From assembly GCA_030704615.1 (NCBI GenBank), contig CM060732.1, positions 60,512,001 to 60,576,000 of the forward strand: a DNA stretch of 64,000 nucleotides, in the 5' to 3' direction. This DNA is from Takakia lepidozioides. Taxonomy: Eukaryota > Plantae > Bryophyta. The notes under the pieces were generated by a model that was given only the letters and a program-made list of their open reading frames with translations, was not told the DNA's origin and made no database searches. The position numbers were made by a program, and so were the translations under genes. Of the stretch, positions 12,601 to 25,607 are shown in pieces (within the stretch, counting starts at the first letter, position 1; each line of letters begins with the position of its first letter).

Positions 12601-14029
12601 TCAATGTCTTGAGTTGGTTCCAGCTATGGCCTCCAAGGGACTGCATACACCAAAGGTCCTGACAACGATATCAGGGAAGACATCTTGAGTAGATGCACTC
12701 AGTAGTGAAGCAATATACTGTCCTAGCCCTTTCGTGCCCTTTCTCAATCTCATCCTGAGGAGATATAGGGTCTTGTTGGTTGGAAATTGGAAAAGCTTGT
12801 AGTGCCTGTAAAGGTCTATTTGCAAAGGCTACGTTGGTCGGGAACGCAGCACGAACTGGTAGAAAGCTACAACTATAGTCTTTTGAAAGTGAAGGTTGAG
12901 GTTTCCAAGTTTCTGCACTAGATGGAAGTGGAAACTTCCAGAAAACAGTTGGGTGCTCTTATATCTGGCCAATGTTGTGGTTGCAAGTCTCCTCAAGACG
13001 CACTGTAGTTAGTCACCTAGTGGACAAATGTCTGTTTGGAAGGCTGACAATGCTGCTTGCGCGATTTAGGGTTAGACGATTTGTTTGTAAAAGGTATGGG
13101 TATGACAAGAAAGCGGAATGGGTCGGCTGCTTAAATACAGGTTCCCGCCAGAATGGTATAACCCATTTTCGTGACTGTCCTGCAAATCGCTGGCCCCTGG
13201 GAGCGGAATGCTCGGAATGGTTGAGTTCTGCATGTGTGTTTGGAATGTGATATTCTTTTACTGTTGGGAGAGTATGGGAGATGTCTGTCTTCAAGGCCTG
13301 AGACGCTCAGGCTTGGGCTCTTGATAGTTTTACTTCGGAAAAACACAAAGCTGAAACTTCTTCTGTTGGTCTCTAGCCCTAGTGAAGTGTGGCACTGAAT
13401 CATTTCAGCTAGCATTTTGTTTCACATGTACAGCCAGTATTTTTTACCCAAGTCTCAGAGACAGGAACTTGCACTGAAGAGTCGCCAAGAAGAAGGAGCC
13501 GAGCAGATGAAAAGGTGAAATTTCTTGAAAGTGTTTTAGCAAGTTGTAAGAATATCCAGTAGATTAATATCACACTGTTGATGATTAAGATTTGGCAAAC
13601 TCAACTTTATTATTTTCAGAGTCAGTTCCTATGTGGTGTGGGGAGCCCTACTAGTATTATATCCCTGCACTGCTGCACTTGCAAGAATAGGAGTTTTAGT
13701 TCTAGAGCAAACTTGACCATAGTTGTCCTCTTTCTGTCCCCTTTTTGAGATGGAGGTAGTACTTGTGAGGAATGAGGAGCAGCGCAAGCTGTTGATGAGT
13801 AAAGAGAGTAAAAGCAATGTGCAAGGTCAGTTTCTGAATTTGGTTTGTATCTTCTCTTCATCACTGGCTAGGTGAACCTCCCCACACTTCTTTCAAGAGA
13901 GCTAGTTTAGGTGTTTATAGGGAGTTACATGGTCTATTGTTTTTCCTGACAAAACATGAGGGGAATGGAGTGAGGGTTGCAGTGGTTTGATGATTCAAAT
14001 GATGCTTTGAGAAGTACGTGTTATTGTGC

Positions 14030-15050
14030 CCTAGAGTTGATGCATGTCTGTAAAAGTAAGTATTTTGTTTCCTATTAGTGAAATCTCATTTAATACCAAA
14101 AGTTGTAATTGGTCAAAACTTTTTATTAGTGTATCTAATCGCTCTGAACCAGCGTTGTTTTTTGGGCGAATTTTCGCTAAATGACTACCTCAAAAAATAA
14201 AAAATAATATTTGGTCCCAAATTCCTTGTTTATTCGTGGTTGAAATCAAATTTTTTAAATAAAAAATAAATTATGGATGAATTTGCCAAATATGGATGAT
14301 ATCAATGGATTAAAGTATGGATGTGGATGATTCTATCCTAATTTGAATGGATGAACAGAATGTATGCCTATTTTTGGCAAAACTCTGTAGCCACTCGTGC
14401 TATTTTTTGAATTTCGAAAAAAAAATGCTGGTAGGGAGACTGTTGAAAAGAGGTGCGAACTTTAGTTTTTCCTGGTGACGAATTGGTGGACCGTTGGTTA
14501 CATAGTGCTGGGATGGCTCAATTTCGGCGTTCTTGTGTTTCTTTATGGCTGATCTTGTGACGAATTGGTGGACCGTGGGGTAGTGCTCGGATCGCTCAAC
14601 TTTGGCATTCTTGTGTTTATTTCTGGCTGATCTTGTGGCCCACACAGTCGATTCCGCTTGAACCGAGTAGGAGTCAGAGCTCCTCCTGTGAAGATCTACT
14701 ACTACAATGGGCGAAATATCACTTCAGGTACGAACCATTGATGGTTGAATCAACTTTTTGCAATAGGATGGATGCTAAGCCCAAAGTGTATGGTTGTACC
14801 ATCAAAATTACAAGTTGTTTTTCCTATATATGCCATTAAGATCACTTTTTTCTTTGGCGGATCAGCTCATGGATGTTTATTATAGATTCGTAATAATCCT
14901 TGAACTATAGATAATAAGGTAAAAGTTTTTTCCGTTCTTGCTCCGCCAGTCATAAATAAATGTAGTGGTTTGTTAGGATACATACGTTTTCTATATGTAC
15001 AGTCATAAAAAATAACTCTTTGCTTCAAATTAAGTTTGCGCAATTCAGCA
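14030..15050 (-). mobile_element. Helitron-type Pif1/SF1 helicase remnant (copy 1), split by an insertion
   Basis: Minus translation: KPLHLFMTGGARTEKTFTLL (decayed Walker A GGAGTGKT), LMAYIGKTTCNFDGTTIHFGLSI (motif Ia) and LQLLVLNEISLIGNK (Walker B DEIS-like). Contains stops. Confidence 0.8.
14470..14640. repeat. Short tandem repeat of ~80-bp unit (2+ copies), also at ~20285-20450
   Basis: GTGACGAATTGGTGGACCGT...GCTCAA...TGTGTTT...CTGATCTT repeated, inside the insertion that splits the helicase. Confidence 0.8.
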
Positions 15051-16482
15051 AAAAAACTTTGGAAGGAATCATATCGTCATGTGTGCTACAAACATCCATT
15101 TCAGGTATTGTCGATGTTCTAATTTGCGGTTTGAAATGAACTTCAGTATTTATATCATAAGACTCTACTCCAGTACAATCAATTAATGATTTTGGAGCAT
15201 AATGATCGTCCACTGTCATAAAAGTATCCATCCACATACTAAAGTTATTAAATTGTGCCAATTCATGAGCTTTTGATTCTAAATTATTTCAATCAATGAT
15301 AAAATTGTTATTACTTTTTAGAATGTATATATATTTTCTAGGTAATGATACAATGGATGGCTCATGAGCAATATATGCATCATGTCAAGTCGCATAGTTT
15401 TGTTTTTGTGATTCTTCATTTCCAAGAAAATGATGAAAAAACAAGATAGGTTAGATAACAAAGGTTGTTTTTTTTTATCAAACAGAACAGTTATGATCTC
15501 ATCATAGCTTTGGAGAAATATTTCTTGCTCAATCTAACCTTGACCTTTATAGTTCCAAGTTCTTCAATACGACATCATGCTTAATTTACCTCAAATCCTT
15601 TTGTTGCTGATCTTCGTCAATATCCTTGCGCACAGTGTCATGCGTTTCTATTTGTGCATGATTCTCCACATTTTGTTTTCCATGTCTTTTCTTTTCTAAT
15701 ACATGTTCTTTCACACTCTCATCTGCATCACATTAGAAGACTTAAGTAGATGATAAAATAAACAACTTTTCTCACATGCAATGTCATCATGTGCTGCTTG
15801 CTTCATTTGTGCAAAACATGGAGGACGATAGAGAACAAGGAAAGACTCGAGTGCCATCAAGGTCTTATTGGAAACTTATGTGTAAAGGTCAAGGTCATTT
15901 AAGCAAACATCTCAAGAACTAGATGTTCTCTCTATAAAACACAATTAACCGATAAGTAATTAATATAATGTCATAAATGTAAGAAATTAGCAGCATGCAG
16001 ATCCTCCATCTAATTGTGGAGCTTCATAAAGATTGATCAGATTGGTGCAAAGGACCCTAGTTATGTCTCATGCAAAATACAACACTTCATTATATAGAGA
16101 AATAATGGGTCCTCAACAATGTTATACCTGCCTCCTCACCAAGAAAGTTAGGTGTTGTTTCCGAGGACATGCTTCATGCATAGCATGTATTCTTTTCAGG
16201 TTGAAGGAATATAAGTGTATCATAGCCTATCTGCCCACCTTGAACGCATATATTCTAAGGTTTTCACATTATCTTCTATCCTCAATTCAAGAAAATAAAA
16301 TTCCAATTCACCTCATTTCCATTAAACCAAGCCTCCAAAAGCTGGATTGCTGGAAACGCTCAATTGTATGCAAAACTACACCGGCCATTCATGTGCGCCG
16401 GTTGACCCTCAAAAACCACGTTTACAACTATGCTTGTTGTACTCACTTCGCTTCCAGTCACATCCCTATGTCTGTCGCTCCC

Positions 16483-17330
<848 letters not shown>

Positions 17331-18125
17331 CCCTGTTCCGGATCAGAGAAGAGAACAAAGATCGCCAACTCCCGACGACCCTTGCTCTCAAAAGCTTATT
17401 GGGCAGGCAAAAGTATTTCCCTAGCGACGTCTATCGGACAAAACCATGTCTTTTTGGCTATGGCATCCTTATCTTTCCCAAAAAGATTAAAAAAACATTA
17501 TGCCTCTACAATTGCTCATATAGAGTGATAAGTAAGAGTGAGATCTACCGAATATGAGTCCTTTGCAAAAAGGTAGAACAAACAGTTGTGCCGACTGCTG
17601 TGCGAGATAAGAGCTCTCTCTTAAAACTGCAGCACCTCCTCCTTATTGCGCTCTCTCTCTACCAGATGTCGCCGCAACCATTGTTACAAGGATTCCATGA
17701 GGGGAGTCCCTAGAACCTAATGCAATCAGCAACCTGATCTCTTCTCTCGGTGCAAAAGAGCAAGCAAGCCGTTGAAATCACGACACACAGAAATCATGAC
17801 CAAAGACATAACCGTAACTATTCTTTTCGTTAAGTAACGTGCGTTAGACATCAGTTATTGGATATTGCACTGTGTGCCACCCAGGTCAGTCAGGGGCTCA
17901 AATCTGTGCTGCCTTCTCAGGCTTGGTTAATGTCCCGTGCTTCAGTAGTTCAAGTATCCCTGCATGGCTCATAAATGAAAGCGGGTAGTTGTTTATTTAT
18001 TTATTTATTAAAGTTAAATAATAGAAAAAGAGAAGAAGCCCTTTAAGCCATATTAAAAAATCATGGAAAAAATAACTATGAAGAAAATAACCTATTAGAG
18101 AACGCGCACCCCTAGGGCGCATTCC

Positions 18126-18335
18126 CTGGCGTAAAGGAATTTTGGGGGCAGATTATGCGAGGCCCTGATTGGCTGCAGGCCATAATGATCCGCTAAAAAG
18201 TCAAACAGCTCATTGGGAGAGTCAAACTGTCGATTAGGAATGCAGAATGCGCCAACGCCGTGGAGCGACAATCTTCAGCTTCTTAATTTGCCTAAAAAAA
18301 GGCATAATTTGCCCCCAAAATCCTTTAAGTACTAG
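18126..18335. mobile_element. MITE-like element with ~26-bp imperfect TIRs
   Basis: TAAAGGAATTTTGGGGGCAGATTATGC (~18132) is the inverted match of GCATAATTTGCCCCCAAAATCCTTTA (~18302-18327). Confidence 0.6.
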
Positions 18336-19849
18336 AGAACGGCGGGCTCGCCCAAAAGCCGCTTACAAGGCAGAATCGGCCAAACACGGCCTGTTCACTG
18401 GCGTTAAAAGCTATTCTCGCCGCCACCCGGTGCAATATGATTGGGGGTCAATTATCCCATATCGATTGCCCAGATTCAGGGCATTTTTACCCCGGATAAA
18501 TTGATAAGATGCCCCACATCCAGGGCATCCCAACACACTTGGAAGTGCGTGATTTCATGAAGTCCACACAAAGTTGTGGGGTTTCAAAGTTGATCCAATC
18601 AGAAAGCTTGTGTGACCTTGGGCCCTATGACCAATCACATTTTTTTTGGGGGGGGGGGGGGGTTATATCAAACAACTGTTTGCCAAGTGGCAAAACTGAG
18701 CAGTCTTGGGCCCAGCAATGGTAGCTCATGCGGCCTGACCCGAGCAGTTATGAGGTGACCGGTCATAGGTGCTATAACAGTCATAGGGTGTTTTACCCTA
18801 CTGGCTGATGAAATGGGCCTGGTGGTTGCTCTGCCGTCCTCCGTGCATAATCGGCCATCCCTGCCGATTCTGCCTACCGAATCGGCAAGTAGACCCTGGG
18901 TGGCCGATTCGGCCTGAGAATTAGTCTCAAAAGTGGCAGAATACGCCACACCTGCCTTTAACGTCTCAAATAAGGGATTTCCTAAAGTCCCCACCTTAGG
19001 ATTCTGTCCCCAGCTGTCCGTTGCCAAACAATGGGGTCGGGTTCCTTCTATTAAACAATTGAGAGTCACAAGTTTGAGATGTTTACAAGTCTAATGAAAA
19101 GAGAGAGAAGACGCAATGTATTGAAATGTATAGTTTTACTTCGGAAAAACACAAAGCTGAAACTCCTTCTGTTGGTCTCTAGCCCTAGTGAAGTGTGGCA
19201 CTGAATCATTTCAGCTAGCATTTTGTTTCACATGTACAGCCAGTATTTTTTACCAAGTCTCAGAGACAGGAACCTGCACTGAAGCGTTGCGAAGAAAAAG
19301 GAGTTGAGCAGATGAAAAGGTGAAATTTCTTGGAAGTGTTTTAGCAAGTTGTAAGAATATCCAGTAGATTAATATCACAATGTTGATGATTAAGATTTGG
19401 CAAACTCAATTTTATTATTTTCAGAGTCAGTTCCTATGTGGTGTGGGGAACCCTACTAGTATTATATCCCTGCACTGCTGCACTTGCAAGAATAGGAGTT
19501 TTAGTTCTAGAGCAAACTTGACCATAGCTGTCCTCTTTCTGTCCCCTTTTTGAGATGGAGGTAGTACTTGTGAGGAATGAGGAGCAGCGCAAGCTGTTGA
19601 TGAGTAAAGAGAGTAAAAGCAATGTGCAAGGTCAGTTTCTGAATTTGGTTTGTATCTTCTCTTCATCAGTGGTTAGGTGAAACCCCCCCCCCCCACTTCT
19701 CTCAAGGGAGCTAATTTAGATGCTTATAGTGAGTTACATGGTCTATTGTTTTTCCTGACAAAACATGAGGGGAATGGAGTGAGGGTTGCAATGATTTGAT
19801 GATTCAGATTATGCTGTGAGAAGTATGTGTTATCATGCCGTAGAGCTGC

Positions 19850-20880
19850 TGCATGTCTGTAAAAGTAAGTATTTTGTTTTCTATTAGTGAAATCTCATTT
19901 AATACCAAAAGTTGTAATTGGTCAAAACTTTTTATTAGTGTATCTAATCGCTCTGAACCAACGTTTTTTTTTGGCCATTTTTCGCTAAATGGCGACCTCA
20001 AAAAATAAAAAATAAAAATTTGGTCCCAAATTCTTTGTTTATTCATGGATGAAATCACCAAATTCTCTAAATAAAAAATAAATTATGGATGAATTTGCCA
20101 AATATGGATGATATCAATGGATTAAAGTATGGATGTGGATAATTCTATCCTAATTTGAATGGATGAACATAATGTATGCCTATTTTTGGCAAAACTCTGT
20201 AGCCACTCGTGCTATTTTTTATTTCGAAAAAAAAAACGTTGGTGGGCAGACCGTTGAGAGGAGGTGCGAACTTCAGTTTCTCCTGGTGACGAATTGGTGG
20301 ACCGTGGGTTACATAGTGCTGGGATGGCTCAATTTCGGCGTTTTTGTGTTTCTTTCTGTCTGATCTTGTGACGAATTGGTGGACCGTGGGGTAGTGCTCA
20401 GATCGCTCAACTTTGGCGTTCTGGTGTTTATTTCTGGCTGATCTTGTGGCCCACACAGTCAATTCCGCTTGGAATGCTCATGAACCGAGTGGGAGTCAGA
20501 GCTCCTCCTGTTAAGATCTACTACTACAATGGGCGATATATCACTTCAGGTACGAACCATTGATGGTTGAATCAACTTTTTGCAATTAAGATGGATACTA
20601 ATCCCAGAGTGTATGGTTGTACCAACAAAATTACAAGTTGTTTTTCCTATATATATGCCATTAAAATCACTTTTTTCTTTGGCGGATCAGCTTATGGATG
20701 TTTATTATAGATTCATAATAATCCTTGAACTATAGATAATAAGGTAAAAGTTTTTTCCGTTCTTGCTCCGCCAGTTATAAATAAATGTAGTGGTTTTATA
20801 TGTAGTAGGATACATATGTTTTCTATACGTACAATCATAAAAAATAACTCTTTGCTCCAAATTCAGTTTGCGCAAATCAG
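19850..20880 (-). mobile_element. Helitron-type helicase remnant (copy 2)
   Basis: Duplicate of 14030-15050; ORF 19804-20061 contains LQLLVLNEISLIENK. Confidence 0.78.
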
Positions 20881-22329
20881 CAAAAAAAACTTTGGAAGGA
20901 ATCATATCGTCATGTGTGCTATCGTCGATGTTCTAATTTGCGGTTTGAAATGAACTTCAGTATTTATATCATAAAACTCTCCTCCAGTACAATCAATTAA
21001 TGATTTTGGAACATAATGATCGTCCACTGTCATAAAAGTATCCATCCATATACTAAAGTTATTAAATTGTGCCAATGCATGAGCTATTGATTCTAAATTA
21101 TTTCAATCAATGATAATATTGTTATTATTTTTTAGAATGTATATATACTTTCTAGGTAATGATACGATGGAGGCTCATGAGCAATATATGCATCATATCA
21201 AGTCGCATAGTTTTGTTTTGGTGATTCTTCATTTCCAAGAAAATGATGAAAAAGCAAGATAGGTTAGATAAAAAAGGTTGACTTTTGTTTATCAAACATA
21301 ACAGTCATGATCTCATCATAGCTTTGGAGAAATATTTCTTGCTCAATCTAACCTTGACCTTTATAGTTCCAAGTTCTTCAATACGACATCATGCTTAACT
21401 ATCTCGAATCCTTATGTTGCTGATCTTCGTCAATATCCTTACGCACAGTGTCATGCGTTTCTATTGTGCATGATTCTCCACATTTTGTTTTCCATGTATT
21501 TTCTTTTCTAATACATGTTCTTTCACATTCTCATCTGCATCATATTAGAAGATTTAAGTATATGATAAAATAAACAACTTTTCTCATATGCAATGTTTTC
21601 ATGTGCTGCTTGCTTCATTTGTGCAAACATGGAGGACGATAGAGAACAAGGACAGACTCGAGTGCCAACAAGGTCTTATTGGAAACTTATGTGTAAAAGT
21701 CAAGGCCATTTAAGCAAACATCTCAAGAACTAGTTGTTCACTCTATAAAACACAATTAACCGCACTAACTGACAAGTAATTAATATAATGTCTCCATAAA
21801 TGTAAGAAATTAGCAGCATGCAGGTCCTCCATCTAATTGTGGAGCTTAATAAAGATTGATCAGATTGGTGCAAAGGACCCTTGTTATGTCTCATGCAAAA
21901 TACAACACTTCATTATACAGAGAAATAAAGGGTCCTCAACAATGTTATACCTGCCTCCTCACCAAGAAAGTTAGGTGTTGTTTCCGAGGACATGCTTCCT
22001 GCATAGCATGTACTCTTTTCAGGTTGAAGGAATATAAGTACAAACATTCTGTATTAGTTTCATGTATCGTAGCCTGTCTGCCTACCTTCAACGCATATAT
22101 TCTAAGGTTTTCACATTATTTTCTATCCTCAATTCAAGAAAATAAAATTCCAATTCACTTCATTTCCATTAAACCAAGCCTCCAAAAGCTGGATTGCTGG
22201 AAACGCTCAATTGTATGCAAAACTACACCGGCCATTCATGTGCACCGATTGACCCTCAAGAACCGCGTTTACAACCATGCTTGTTGTGCTCACTTCGCTT
22301 CCAGTCACATCCCTATGTCTGTCGCTCCC

Positions 22330-23196
<867 letters not shown>

Positions 23197-23971
23197 TCAG
23201 AGAAGAGAACAAAGATCGCCAACTCCCGACGACCCTTGCTCTCAAAAGCTTATTGGACAGACAAAAGTATTTCTCTAGCGACGTCTATCGGACAGAACCA
23301 TATCTCTTTGGCTATGGCATCTTTGTCTTTCCTAAAAAGATTAAAAAAAAAATTATGCCTCTGCAATTGCTCATATGGAGAGTGATAAGTAAGAGTGAGA
23401 TCTACCGAATATGAGTCCTTCGCAAAAAGGTAGAACAAACAGTTGTGCCGACTGCTGTGCGAGATAAGAGCTCTCTCTTAAAACTGCAGCACCTCCTCCT
23501 TACTGCGCTCTCTCTCTACCAGATGTCGCCGCAACCATTGTTACAAGGATTCCATGAGGGGAGTCCCTAGAACCTAATGCAATCAGCAACCTGATCTCTT
23601 CTCTCGGTGCCAAAGAGCAAGCAAGCCGTTGAAATCACGACACACAGAAATCATGACCAAAGACATAACCGTAACTATTCTTTTCGTTAAGTAACGTACG
23701 TTAGACATCAGCTATTGGATATTGCACTGTGTGCCACCCAGGTCAGTTAGGGGCTCAAATCTCTGCTGCCTTCTCAGGCTTGGTTAATGTCCCGTGCTTT
23801 AGTAGTTCAGTATCCCTGCATGGCTCATAAATGAAAGCGGGTAGTTGTTTATTTATTAAAATTAAATAATAGAAAAGGGGAAGAAGCCCTTTAAGCCATA
23901 TTAAAAAATCATGGAAAAAATAACCATGAAGAAAATAACCTATTAGAGAACGCGCACCCAGGGCGCATTCC

Positions 23972-24256
23972 CTGGCGTAAAGGAATTTTGGGGGCAGATT
24001 ATGGGAGGCCCTGATTGGCTGCAGGCCATAATGATCCGCTAAAAGTCAAACAGCCGATTAGGAGAGTCAAAGTGCCGATTAGTACTATGTAGCGCACTGG
24101 AGTAGGAGCTACGGAGCTGTGCGTGGCGAGGAGGGGGGAGCGTCGAGGCAGTCACAGCGACCTGCTACTGCCCGTAGCGGTCGCGCTCCAGTGCGCTACA
24201 GGACGTAATGTCACTGTCGCTGAGGATGGAGCAGGTCATAAAAATCCTTTACGTCT
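23972..24256. mobile_element. MITE-like element with internal foldback
   Basis: Ends CGTAAAGGAATTTT / AAAATCCTTTACG. Internal perfect 15-bp inverted repeat TGTAGCGCACTGGAG (24088-24102) / CTCCAGTGCGCTACA (24186-24200). Confidence 0.55.
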
Positions 24257-25607
24257 CAAATAAGGGATTTCCTAAAGTCCTTACCTCAGGGAACCTGAGA
24301 GTTTCAGAGGCAAAAGAACTGACGAGGCAAGGCACTTCTATGCAAAGTTGTGCTTGTGGTGGAATCTTCGAGCATAAATGGTAGAATCACAGGGGAAGAA
24401 GGGGGAGTGTTTTGTGCTTCAGTTCAAAATGGCATCATTGCCAGCTTTCTCACGTATTTGGTTACTTAGAGGGGAAATCATCTTGCTTGCAAACTAATTT
24501 CTGTTGCATCAATGCAGGTGTTTTATGTCGTTCACATTAGGAGGTTGAAGTTCATGGTCATGGCGATGATAACCGCAGCTCGCCCCAACCCTTGGTCAAC
24601 CCCTGGGCTACTGCCCTTCCCTGGGCAGCCCCTTCAAGTCCCAAAACATCCCAAGCTTGGGCTTATGGGCTTCCCAGCTTGTACTCCTTGCAGCTTCAGC
24701 TCCATATTAAAACCTGCTCCTGAAATGAAAAATACAGACCTGCATCCTACTAAGCTCATATTTCAGCTCATATTTCCACCAGTCAAATTCTCACTTTTTC
24801 CTTCAACAAGAACCAGCTCTTAGATCTTCTTTGATCCTTTCTAAGGAACCCAAACTTCAACTGCTTGACTTACAATGAAAATCTCAAACTGAAATCAGGA
24901 ACTTCGAAGTCTGAGCTCTGAAGTGTTATCCATGCAACCTCTATTGCCAGGGCCCAATCGTAATGCATTCAGTGGAATGTTATCCATGAAACCTCTATTT
25001 CCAGGGCCCAATCTTAATGCATTCACTTGATTCCGAATGATGGGAAACTCAAGACAGAGAATGAATTTTTGCCATTTGCTTAAGTAGAGTTGATGGATCT
25101 ATATTTTAAGTTATGGATGGAAGGGAGCCTGCTAAGACATTGCATCCTCTCCATTCATTCTCAGCAACTCTTTTTCACTTGTATTGTTGAATTGAATTGA
25201 ACCTGCTTCCCTAGAGTCATGATTATGTGCGAAATGCAACTGGCAGATCCTTGCCTCTTTGTTCATGTGCAATATGCTTCTTCCTCTGCACATCTCTTTT
25301 TGGAGATATCAATCCTCGCATACACTAGCAAAAGCAGACCACAGAAATGGAGATGTTTGAGCTGCTCAAGCACGCTCAAACATCTTGGATGATTATCGTG
25401 TCTCTGGGATGAAAAACATTGGACTTAAAAGAAGAAGTCATGTAAAATCCTACTCTGGTGGCTCCTTACAAAGAAGAACAAAAGTGACCATGGAGTTCTA
25501 CTGAAGTACCTGTGCGGCCTGATTATCTTTATAGCCTGAAGCTGCAAGGGGTAAAGGAATTGGCAACCAATCCCAAAGCTCTCTGAGGGGGTCCCGATTA
25601 GGTTTCT

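Noticed and set aside
12470-13900. Possible decayed host gene (transit-peptide-like MSASSSTVAMAMVS start, exon-like patches)
   Set aside because: Stops in all frames and no family I can name with support.
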